DNA from: an uncultured bacterium
GTDB lineage: Bacteria > Krumholzibacteriota > Krumholzibacteriia > LZORAL124-64-63
Length of the DNA: 64,000 nt
Reading direction: 5' to 3'
Assembly: GCA_903859215.1 (NCBI GenBank)
Contig: CAIOLW010000219.1
Span: forward strand, 25,522 to 89,521
Positions 53,346 to 64,000 of this stretch are shown here, piece by piece; positions within the stretch are counted from its first letter, which is position 1, and every line of letters starts with the position of its first letter. The notes beneath the pieces were generated by a model, which was given only the letters and a program-made list of their open reading frames with translations, did not search any database and was not told where the DNA came from. A program made the position numbers and the translations under genes.

Positions 53346-54472
53346 TGCGCGCCTCCCGCGAGCAGGGACTCGAGCGGCGTGCAGGCGCACCCGTACGCCG
53401 CAGCCAGGCCGGGCTGTGTCACGTGGCCGTCCATCACCGCGACGCCGCGGGCCAGGGCCCGGTCCGCCGCCAGCGCGCCGGCCGTGCCCTTCTCAGTGAT
53501 GGCCGACAGGTACGGCAGGATCGCGCCGCCCAGCGCGTAGCTGGCCGAGCGCGCCACCAGGCTGGGCAGGTTCGGGACGCAGAAGTGGGTCACGCCGTCG
53601 ACGACGTACGTGGGATCGGACAGCCGCGTGGGCCGGCTCGTCGCGAAGCAGCCGCCCTGGTCCACCGAGATGTCGATGACCAGGCTCTTCTCGCGCAGCA
53701 ACCCCACCATCTCGCGCGTGACCAGGTGCGGCGTGCGCGCGCCGGGGATGAGCACCGCGCCCACCACGACATCCGCGTACGAGAGCGCCTTGCGCAGCGT
53801 GGCCTCGGTGGCGAGGAACGTCGTGACCTGACCCGGGAAGGTCCAGTCCAACTCGGTGATGCGGGCGAAGTCGCTGTCCAGCAGCGTGACGCGGGCGCCG
53901 GCGCCGATGCAAGCGCGCACGGCGTTGCGGCCGACCGTGCCGGCGCCGATGACGACGACCTCGGCCGGCGGCACCGCGGGCGCCCCGCCGAGCAGGATGC
54001 CCAGGCCGCCATGGTCGGTCTGCAGGTAGCGGGCGGCGATCTGCGGCACCATGCGGCCGGCGATCTGGCTGAGCGGCCGCAGCACCGGCAGGTTGCCGTT
54101 GTCCTCCTGGATGGTCACGAAGTCGACGGCCAGGCAGCGACGCTCGCGCAGCAGGTCGATGAGCTCGCGCTCGGCTGCGGCAAGGTTGAGGACCGAGGCG
54201 AGGATCTGGCCCTCGCGGATGAACGGGTACTCGGCGGGCTGGGGCTTGCCGACCTTCACGATGAGGTCGGCCCGCCCCCAGATCTCCTCGGCGCTGTGCG
54301 CGACGCGCGCGCCGGCCTGCTCGTACTGCTCGTCGGTGAAGCCGGCGCCGAGCCCGGCGCGCACTTCCACGTGCACCGCGTGCCCGCGCGCCGTCAGTTC
54401 GGCCACGACCCGGGGCGGCAATGCCACCCGGTGCTCGTCAGCCACCCGCGAACGAGGAATCCCGATGATCAT
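53342..54472 (-). CDS. ald: Alanine dehydrogenase
   Basis: MIIGIPRSRVADEHRVALPP N-terminus, VIGAGTVGRNAV NAD-binding GxGxxG, about 376 aa. Confidence 0.85.
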   Translation of the reverse strand: MIIGIPRSRVADEHRVALPPRVVAELTARGHAVHVEVRAGLGAGFTDEQYEQAGARVAHSAEEIWGRADLIVKVGKPQPAEYPFIREGQILASVLNLAAAERELIDLLRERRCLAVDFVTIQEDNGNLPVLRPLSQIAGRMVPQIAARYLQTDHGGLGILLGGAPAVPPAEVVVIGAGTVGRNAVRACIGAGARVTLLDSDFARITELDWTFPGQVTTFLATEATLRKALSYADVVVGAVLIPGARTPHLVTREMVGLLREKSLVIDISVDQGGCFATSRPTRLSDPTYVVDGVTHFCVPNLPSLVARSASYALGGAILPYLSAITEKGTAGALAADRALARGVAVMDGHVTQPGLAAAYGCACTPLESLLAGGAQ

Positions 54473-54501
54473 GGCCGCCTCCTGTGCGGATGCCCTGGCA
54501 A

Positions 54502-55923
54502 CTAGCGGGCGTTCTTCACGAATTCATAGCCGCGCCCGAACGCGTCGATGTTCATGTCCACGAGGCTCCGCTTCTTGATCGCCGCGCGCAGCGTGTCTTC
54601 GCAGAACGCGCGCGGGAAGCAGTCGGTGGCCGCGACCAGCGCGCCCAGGATGACCACGTTGGCGATCTTCGCCGTGCCCACCTCGTCGGCGATCGCCGTC
54701 GCAGGGATCAGCACCGGGCGCAGGCGCTTCGCATCAGGGCGGCCCTCGACGATGGTCGTGTCGACGATGATCACGCCGCCGTCGACGACCTCGCCGGCGA
54801 ACGCGTCGAGCGACGGCTGGTTCATGACCACCAGCACGTTCGGGTTCTCGACCAGTGGCGTGCCGATGCGGCCGGCGCACAGGTTCACCGAGCAGTTCGC
54901 GGTGCCGCCGCGCATCTCGGGGCCGTAGGCCGGGAACCAGCTGACATGCTGGCCGGCGCGCATGCCCACCTGCGACAGCAGCAGGCCCGCCGTCAGGATG
55001 CCCTGGCCGCCGAAGCCCGCGAACTTGCAGTGCAGGTCGCCCGCCAACGGCACCGGCTCGGACTCGCCCAGCGTGCTCTTGAGGCGGTCGAGGTACTCGT
55101 CGACCACCGCGGGGTCGTAGGCGTCGTAGCGGCGGTTCCAGTAGCCCTCGTCGCGCGTGTCGCTCTCGTCCTTGAAGACGCCCAGCGGGAAGACCTTGAG
55201 CATGTCCTCGAGCAGCCAGTCGCGCGCGTGCACGGGGTCCATCTTCCAACCCGTCGGGCACGACGAGACGATCTCGACGAAGCTGTAGCCCTTGCCCTCG
55301 GCCTGGATCTTCAGGGCCTTCCGGATGGCCTTGCGCGCCTTCATGATGTGCTTGCTGTCGCCGATGGCCACGCGCTCGATGTAGGTCGGCGCCGGCAGCG
55401 TGGCCAGCATCTCGGCCATGCGGATCGGGTTGCCGTGCACCGTCTCGATGCGGCCCTGCGGCGTGGTCGTCGAGCGTTGCCCGATCATGGTCGTCGGGGC
55501 CATCTGGCCACCGGTCATGCCGTAGATCGCGTTGTTCACGAAGAACACGCAGATGTTCTCGCCGCGGTTGGCGGCGTGGATCGTCTCGGCGGTGCCGATG
55601 GCCGCGAGGTCGCCGTCGCCCTGGTACGAGATGACGATGGAGTCGGGGTTGGTGCGCTTGACCGCGGTGGCCACCGCCGGGGCGCGCCCGTGCGCGGCCT
55701 GGAAGTTGCCGCAGTTGAAGTAGTAGTAGCCGAACACCGAGCAGCCGACCGGCGACACGAACACCGAGCGGCCGAGCAGGCCGAATTCCTCGAGCGCCTC
55801 GGCGATCATCTTGTGCACGTTGCCGTGGCCGCAGCCCGGGCAGTAGTGCGTGGCATCCTTGGCCGGGCCGGTCTTGCGCTCGAACACCGGGAAGAACCCC
55901 CCGGACTTCTCGTAGGTCTTCAT
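54502..55923 (-). CDS. korB: 2-oxoacid:ferredoxin oxidoreductase beta subunit fused to gamma subunit (KorB-KorC fusion)
   Basis: N-terminal TPP-binding beta region (YCPGCGHG, GDGD). C-terminal gamma region (FAGFGGQGILTAG). 473 aa from ATG 55923 with GGAGGG RBS; track ORF upstream extension is out-of-frame noise. Confidence 0.8.
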   Translation of the reverse strand: MKTYEKSGGFFPVFERKTGPAKDATHYCPGCGHGNVHKMIAEALEEFGLLGRSVFVSPVGCSVFGYYYFNCGNFQAAHGRAPAVATAVKRTNPDSIVISYQGDGDLAAIGTAETIHAANRGENICVFFVNNAIYGMTGGQMAPTTMIGQRSTTTPQGRIETVHGNPIRMAEMLATLPAPTYIERVAIGDSKHIMKARKAIRKALKIQAEGKGYSFVEIVSSCPTGWKMDPVHARDWLLEDMLKVFPLGVFKDESDTRDEGYWNRRYDAYDPAVVDEYLDRLKSTLGESEPVPLAGDLHCKFAGFGGQGILTAGLLLSQVGMRAGQHVSWFPAYGPEMRGGTANCSVNLCAGRIGTPLVENPNVLVVMNQPSLDAFAGEVVDGGVIIVDTTIVEGRPDAKRLRPVLIPATAIADEVGTAKIANVVILGALVAATDCFPRAFCEDTLRAAIKKRSLVDMNIDAFGRGYEFVKNAR

Positions 55924-56984
55924 CAGCGGGACCCTCCACCCAGCACGCGCCGGTATTCGGCCAGCAGCTCGTCGCCGCCCGGCACCATGCCGCCGCAGCG
56001 ACCGTAGAAGTGCACCGGCTTGCGGCCCTCGACGGCCAGCCGGACGTCCTCGACCATCTGGCCGGTCGAAAGCTCGACCGCCAGGAACGCCTTCGCGGTG
56101 GCGCACAGCGACGTGATCACTGCGCTCGGGAAAGGCCACAGCGTGATGGGGCGCAGCAGGCCGACCTTCAGGCCCTCGGCCCGCGCCTGATCGACCGTCG
56201 AGTAGACGATGCGGCTGACCACGCCGTAGGCGACGACGACCAGGTCGGCGTCGTCGACCTCGTACTTCTCGAACATGACCTCGTCGGCCGTGATCTGCTT
56301 GTACTTCGCGTCGAGCTTCAGGTTGTGCTGCTCGAGTTCCTCGGGTGCGAGGATGATGCTGCTGACCAGGTTCCCGGCCGTGCCGGGCGTGCCGTCGACA
56401 CACCAGGAAGTGTGGTCCCATTTGTGAGGCAGCGCCTTCGGGATCTCGACGACCTCCATCATCTGGCCGGTGATGCCGTCGGCCATGATGCAGGCGGGGT
56501 TCCGGTACTTGTCGGCCAGTTCGAAGGCGTGCATGGTCAGGTCGCACATCTCCTGCGCGCCGTTGGGCGCCAGGGCGATCAGGCGGTAGTTGCCGTGGCC
56601 GCCGCCCTTGGTGATCTGGAAGTAGTCGCCCTGCTCGGGGGCGATGTTGCCGAGGCCGGGGCCGCCGCGCACGATGTTGACCACGACGCACGGCAGCTCG
56701 GCGCCGGCGCAGTACGACAGGCCTTCCTGCTTCAGGCTGAAGCCGGGGCTCGACGACGCCGTCATCGTGCGCACGCCCATGCCGGCGGTGCCGTAGACCA
56801 TGTTCATCGCCGCGACTTCGCTCTCGGCCTGGATGAACACGCCGCCGAGCGCCGGAAAGTGCAGCGCGGCCGCGTGCGCGATCTCGCTGGCCGGGGTGAT
56901 CGGGTAGCCGTAGTAGGCGCGGCATCCGGCGGCGAGAGCGCCGACCACGATGGCGTCGTTACCCTTCATGAATTGTCTGGCCAT
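55923..56984 (-). CDS. korA: 2-oxoacid:ferredoxin oxidoreductase alpha subunit
   Basis: MARQFMKGNDAIVVGALAAGCRAYYGYPITPASEI N-terminus typical of Kor/Por alpha subunits. Confidence 0.85.
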   Translation of the reverse strand: MARQFMKGNDAIVVGALAAGCRAYYGYPITPASEIAHAAALHFPALGGVFIQAESEVAAMNMVYGTAGMGVRTMTASSSPGFSLKQEGLSYCAGAELPCVVVNIVRGGPGLGNIAPEQGDYFQITKGGGHGNYRLIALAPNGAQEMCDLTMHAFELADKYRNPACIMADGITGQMMEVVEIPKALPHKWDHTSWCVDGTPGTAGNLVSSIILAPEELEQHNLKLDAKYKQITADEVMFEKYEVDDADLVVVAYGVVSRIVYSTVDQARAEGLKVGLLRPITLWPFPSAVITSLCATAKAFLAVELSTGQMVEDVRLAVEGRKPVHFYGRCGGMVPGGDELLAEYRRVLGGGSR

Positions 56985-57051
56985 GATCCCTCGTTTCGTG
57001 CGTTCGGTCCGTCACGGCGTGCGACGCGCGCGGGTGCGGCGTCGCGCGCGC

Positions 57052-57282
57052 CTACGGCTTGGTCACCCGGATGGCGCCCGGCTCCGGGCACGCGTAGAAG
57101 CACAGCCCGCAGCCGGTGCAGTCGGCGCCGGTGTAGTACGCGGGGTGGTAACTGGCGCTGTTCAGCTTCTCGCTGATGGCGATGACGCTCTTGGGACAGA
57201 CGGCCAGGCACAGCTGGCAACCCTTGCACAGCTCGCCGTTGACCTCCATCCAGGGCACGTCGAGCGCGGTGTTGTCGGTCAT
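57052..57282 (-). CDS. korD: 4Fe-4S dicluster ferredoxin (Kor/Por delta subunit)
   Basis: Two CxxCxxCxxxCP motifs ([24 protein letters not shown]). ATG 57282 with AGGTGG RBS. Confidence 0.7.
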   Translation of the reverse strand: MTDNTALDVPWMEVNGELCKGCQLCLAVCPKSVIAISEKLNSASYHPAYYTGADCTGCGLCFYACPEPGAIRVTKP

Positions 57283-57456
57283 GGGATCCCACCTCTTCAT
57301 AGCGGGTTGGGAGGCGTCGAGGTTGTTGCGCGGCAAAGATAATCAGGGGTGCGGGGTGACCAAAGGAATAGTTCCGCGGCGCGCGCCGTTCGTGGACCTG
57401 CGCGGTCGTGTTTGTGCGGCGGGAACGGGCACGGCCCCCGCTCCCGCTGTCACCCG

Positions 57457-58239
57457 CTAGCGGTCGATGAACCGGGCCGGGCGCTTCTCGAGGAACGCAC
57501 GGCAGCCTTCGTGGCCGTCATCCGACGAGGCCGCCACGGCGAACAGGCCCGCTTCCTGCCGCAAACCGCCGGCAACGTCGGCGCCGAGCCCACCCTCGAC
57601 GGCGTCGAGCGCGCAGCGCAACGTCAGGCTCGAGCGCGCGGCGATCTCGCGCGCGAGCGTCGCCACGGCTCCCTGCAGTTCCGCGGCCGGCAGCACCCGA
57701 TTGACCAGCCCCATCGCCAGGGCCTCGGGCGCCGTCAGCATGTTGCCGCGCAGGATCATCTCGAGCGCCCTGCCGCGGCCCACCAGGCGCGGCAAGCGCT
57801 GCGTGCCCCCGTAGCCCGGGATCAGGCCGAGGCCGGTTTCCGGCAGGCCCATCCTTGCCGTCTCCGCAGCCCAGCGAAAGCTGCAGGCGAGCGCCAGTTC
57901 ACACCCGCCGCCGAGCGCGAAGCCGTTCACCGCGGCGATCACCGGCTTGCCCAGGTGCTCGACAAGGTCCATGAGCGCCTGCCCGCGTCGGGCCAGGGCG
58001 TGCGCTTCGGCGGCCCCGAGCGACGCCAGTTCCCCGATGTCGGCGCCGGCGACGAACGCCTTGGGCCCCGCGCCGGTAAGCACCACGACACGCGCGGCAG
58101 GGTTCGAGCCGAGTTCCCCGAAACAGGCGGCCAGCTCGCCGATGGTCCGGGCGTCCAGCGCATTGAGCTTGTCGGGCCTGTTGACGGTCACCGTCGCCAC
58201 GCCGTCCGCGATGTCGCACAGGAGGTTCTGGAAATTCAT
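57457..58239 (-). CDS. Enoyl-CoA hydratase/isomerase (crotonase family)
   Basis: VTVNRPDKLNAL…GAGPKAFVAGADI…AVNGFALGGGCELAL oxyanion-hole motifs. Alternative ATG 58275 (MSLNF…) with GGGAG RBS also possible. Confidence 0.8.
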   Translation of the reverse strand: MNFQNLLCDIADGVATVTVNRPDKLNALDARTIGELAACFGELGSNPAARVVVLTGAGPKAFVAGADIGELASLGAAEAHALARRGQALMDLVEHLGKPVIAAVNGFALGGGCELALACSFRWAAETARMGLPETGLGLIPGYGGTQRLPRLVGRGRALEMILRGNMLTAPEALAMGLVNRVLPAAELQGAVATLAREIAARSSLTLRCALDAVEGGLGADVAGGLRQEAGLFAVAASSDDGHEGCRAFLEKRPARFIDR

Positions 58240-58380
58240 ATCTGGCAACGCTCTCCCAGTAAAGTTCAGGGACATTGCAGGCTCCCATTCCGTGTATCCG
58301 ACTATACATCGACCCCCATCTCCGCGTCCACCCCCGCCAACAAATATCACCGTTCGTCATATTTTCTAACTTAATGGAAG

Positions 58381-58402
58381 CGCAAGATGAGAATCTTGCG
58401 CT
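58381..58402. promoter_or_regulatory. Perfect 9-4-9 palindrome GCGCAAGAT-gaga-ATCTTGCGC in AT-rich divergent intergenic region (operator candidate)
   Basis: Read from sequence; lies in about 390-bp 47% GC intergenic island between crotonase and secreted hypothetical gene. Confidence 0.3.
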
Positions 58403-58629
58403 CAGCAAAGTAGGAAAAAAGAAGATATTCCGGTTTTTTTTGTTGGACACGCCTTTTGGGTGGTGGTATCGTCCGCGTGGTTACAGGGGAGGATATCACC
58501 CGTGTTTGACGGGTTGATAACGGGAATTTCCGCGCTCGACAGGATGCTGGGGGCGCGGGGGGATGACACGAATTTCAAGAGCGGTCGGTCGGGGATGCGG
58601 CGGGCCGGGAAGACAACCAGGGGGATCAC

Positions 58630-59332
58630 GATGAGGAAATTCGCGCTAACGTTGGTCGCCGCCACGATGCTGGTCGCCGGCGTGGCCCATGCATGCGGTT
58701 CTTCGATCCACACGCTTCAAGTCAACTCGCCTGCTGGCGTGAACACGCTCGTGACGCCGTGCGATGCGGTCGTCACTGCTGTGCGCGCAAGCGGTTTTTA
58801 TGCTTCGCAGGCCCCGCACGGCGCGTGGGACGCGATCTGGGTCTCCTATCCCGGACACACGTTCGTGCCGGGCGACCTGATTTCGATCTGCGGCCTGTTC
58901 AAGGAAGTCTGCGGCCTGACGACGATCGACATTCCGGGCGCGGGCCTGTACGGCTACGTCCTGAAGACCGGCACGGCTCCGATCCCGGCCCCGAACTACG
59001 TGACAGCGGCGGCGTACCTCGCTTCTCCCGAGCAGTGGGAGAGCGTCATGGTGACGATCGTCGACGGCATGATGGTCCCGGCCGGCTTCAGCCTGGGATC
59101 GGGCCAGTGGACCGTGAACGTGCTCGGCGGCTCCAGCCTGATCTTCGACGACTTCTGGTACAACTTCGCGCAGGTGATGGAAGGCCAGTGCTACAACAAC
59201 GCCACCGGCATCCTGCATGACAGTTGCGGAACCTACATGTTCGAGCCGTTCGCCAATGGCATCACCCTGGTCAACTGCGCGGTTCCGGCCGAGTCGATGA
59301 CCCTCGGGACGATCAAGGCGCTGTTCCGGTAG
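58630..59332 (+). CDS. Secreted Cys-rich hypothetical protein (signal peptide, 6 Cys, no recognisable domain)
   Basis: ATG 58630 with GGGGGA RBS. MRKFALTLVAATMLVAGVAHA signal peptide. Slightly lower GC than neighbours. Confidence 0.5.
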
Positions 59333-59371
59333 CGGGCAGCCCCGGAGGCCGCAAGGTCCCGGCAGGATCGC

Positions 59372-59410
59372 GAAGGGCGGGCCCCAGGGCCCGCCCTTCC
59401 GTTTGTTGCC
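59372..59410 (+). terminator. Rho-independent terminator (13-bp stem GAAGGGCGGGCCC/GGGCCCGCCCTTC + GTTTGTTG)
   Basis: Perfect inverted repeat read directly after the stop of the secreted protein gene. Confidence 0.5.
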
Positions 59411-59460
59411 TCCGGAGCAGCCGCCCGGAGGTATTCCTCCCGAATGCGTGAATATCAGGA

Positions 59461-59488
59461 TGACTCCCGTTGGATTTGGCGTTATCTT
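59461..59488 (+). promoter_or_regulatory. Promoter-like motif TGACTCCCGT-N12-TATCTT upstream of hybrid pseudo-kinase gene
   Basis: Same 10-mer plus TATCTT recurs at 60916-60944 upstream of pccB. Confidence 0.3.
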
Positions 59489-59551
59489 ACCAGCACGTTC
59501 CGGCCGCATTCCGGCCACATCCCGGATTTTCGCCGCCCGCAGCAGGAGCCC

Positions 59552-60889
59552 ATGCCCGGTCAACTCACTCCCCCGCTCCTGACCCTGCTGGTCGCCTCCG
59601 CAACCCTGTGTGCGGTGGCGGCGGCGCTGCTGGTGCGCGCCCGGCGCAGCGCCCGCCGCACCGCCCTGCGCCTGCAGCGCCGTGATGCGGAGATCGGGCG
59701 GTTGCGGCATCAGCTGCAGGACGCTCGGAGGCTCGAAGCGGTCGGCATCCTCGCCGGCGGCATCGTCAACAACCTGAACAACCTGCTGGCCGCCGTGCTC
59801 GGCAGCGCGCGCCTGGCCACCCACGAGGCCGGCCTGCCCGCGCCTGCGCGCCAGGAAATCGACCGCCTGCTGAAGGCCGGCCACCAGGCCACCGACCTCG
59901 TGCGCGAACTGGCGGATTTCTACCGCGATGCCGACCAGGCGCGCCGGCCCCAGGACCTGCTGCCGGTCGTGCGCGACACCGTGAAATTGCTCCAGGACAT
60001 CGTGCCGTCTTCGACCGAAGTCCGTGCCGAACTCGGTGCCTGCGGCCCCGTGCTGGCGACGCGCGGGGGCGTGCAGCAGGCGATCATGACGCTTGGCAGT
60101 GGCGCCGTGCGCAGCCTCGGCAATGCCGGCGGTCGTGTCACGATCCGCCTGTCCGAGCAGAGGCTTGATGGCCCCGTCGCAGCCCATCCGTCCCCGTTGG
60201 CGCCCGGCGCGTATGCGTGCCTGTCCGTGGAAAGCGTCCCGACCGACCCTCGCCTGCGCGGCTCCGGGCAGAGCGGCACGCCGGCCGACGGCGACCTGGC
60301 TGCGTTGTGCGGCATGGCAGGCGACCAGGGTGGCGTGACGATCGACGACAGCGGCGAAGTGGAATCCTGCGCGATCTGGTTCCCCCTGATCGCCTGGCGC
60401 GTGTCGGCCGGGGTCGAGACGGCCATCACCACGATGTCCCCGGAGGCGCCGGCCGCGGTCGAGCCCGAGCCGCTCGAACTGGAGCAGCCGGCCGGAAGCC
60501 CGCCGCGCGCGACCATCCTGCTGGTCGACGACGAAGAGATGGTCGCCCAGGTGCTGGCCCGGGGGCTGCGCCGTCTGGGCTACCGCGTGGTCATCCACCT
60601 GGACAGCCGCAGCGCGCTGGCGGACTTCTCGCAGACGCCGGGCCTGTTCGACATCGTGATCACCGACCAGATCATGCCCCAGATGTCCGGCGTGCGGCTG
60701 GCCCAGCGGATCCACGACGTGCGACCCGACATCCCGGTGGCCCTGTGCACCGGCTTCCGGGACAGTTTCAACGAACAGCAGGCCCGCGACGCCGGCGTGG
60801 CCGATTTCATCCTCAAGCCCACCAGCCATCGCGCCCTGGCCGCGGTCATCGACCGCCTGGTCCTCAAGCGCATGGAAGGCCGCGGCTGA
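59552..60889 (+). CDS. Membrane-anchored hybrid histidine-kinase-like protein with degenerate H-box (His->Asn) and intact C-terminal receiver domain
   Basis: ATG 59552 with GGAG RBS. One TM. Coiled coil. H-box-like LAGGIVNNLNNLL where consensus is LAGGIAHDFNNLL. HATPase N/G boxes not recognisable. REC with LLVDDE…VITDQIMP…FILKP intact. Confidence 0.6.
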   Translation: MPGQLTPPLLTLLVASATLCAVAAALLVRARRSARRTALRLQRRDAEIGRLRHQLQDARRLEAVGILAGGIVNNLNNLLAAVLGSARLATHEAGLPAPARQEIDRLLKAGHQATDLVRELADFYRDADQARRPQDLLPVVRDTVKLLQDIVPSSTEVRAELGACGPVLATRGGVQQAIMTLGSGAVRSLGNAGGRVTIRLSEQRLDGPVAAHPSPLAPGAYACLSVESVPTDPRLRGSGQSGTPADGDLAALCGMAGDQGGVTIDDSGEVESCAIWFPLIAWRVSAGVETAITTMSPEAPAAVEPEPLELEQPAGSPPRATILLVDDEEMVAQVLARGLRRLGYRVVIHLDSRSALADFSQTPGLFDIVITDQIMPQMSGVRLAQRIHDVRPDIPVALCTGFRDSFNEQQARDAGVADFILKPTSHRALAAVIDRLVLKRMEGRG

Positions 60890-60915
60890 ACCGTCCCCGG
60901 CTTCCCGATTCCGGC

Positions 60916-60944
60916 TGACTCCCGTCCAACTCATCTGTTATCTT
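60916..60944 (+). promoter_or_regulatory. Promoter-like motif TGACTCCCGT-N13-TATCTT upstream of pccB-accC
   Basis: Second copy of motif seen at 59461-59488. Confidence 0.3.
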
Positions 60945-60996
60945 GTGCGCCGCCCTGAACATCCCCAGACCCCCGGTCGGATCCCAGAGGAACGTC

Positions 60997-62553
<1,557 letters not shown>

Positions 62554-62562
62554 GAGATTTGC

Positions 62563-64000
<1,438 letters not shown>

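Noticed and set aside
54502-56925. 807-aa track ORF treated as one protein
   Set aside because: The first ~330 residues are an out-of-frame read through korA. The true korB/C starts at ATG 55923 with RBS.

Overview
High-GC (~70%) bacterial chromosomal window, probably from an uncultured lineage. It has sigma-54 activators, a MoxR/Bat operon, and a T9SS/FlgD-like C-terminal sorting domain on a secreted glycosidase. Coding density is high and about 55 genes could be called. The supplied ORF track reports the longest ORF (ATG/GTG/TTG, stop inside the window), so many true starts are internal. Long antisense ORFs are GC artefacts. Genes running off the window edges are absent from the track: a TPR gene at 1..1224 (-) and accC at 62563..64000 (+).

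Housekeeping backbone: rlmN, mutY plus an Rrf2 regulator, fadD-like acyl-CoA ligase, rfbB, tdk, queD, nadA plus cysteine desulfurase, an S1-domain protein, purA, engB, tig-clpP-clpX-lon, tRNA-Lys(UUU), tRNA-Leu(UAG), alanine dehydrogenase, a CoA-transferase, korD-korA-korB/C 2-oxoacid:ferredoxin oxidoreductase, enoyl-CoA hydratase, and pccB-accC.

Accessory content: a full MoxR-DUF58-BatA-BatB/C-BatD/E aerotolerance-type operon with fused subunits and a K/D/Q low-complexity tail. There are two orphan NtrC-type sigma-54 activators and two HDOD signalling proteins (one fused to a PP2C phosphatase). There are several secreted or lipoprotein beta-propeller proteins and M28 and M3 peptidases. A secreted five-bladed-propeller glycoside hydrolase sits behind a near-consensus sigma-70 promoter with a lacO-like palindrome.

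Most unusual items: an AT-rich (~47% GC) regulatory island at 58.2-58.6 kb, followed by a secreted Cys-rich hypothetical protein and a hybrid 'pseudo' histidine kinase. That kinase has Asn in place of the H-box His and a degenerate ATPase domain, but an intact receiver. A second item is a small secreted CxxCH/Asp-rich protein driven by a consensus promoter embedded in the 3' end of engB.

No CRISPR arrays, transposases, integrases or obvious defence genes were seen.
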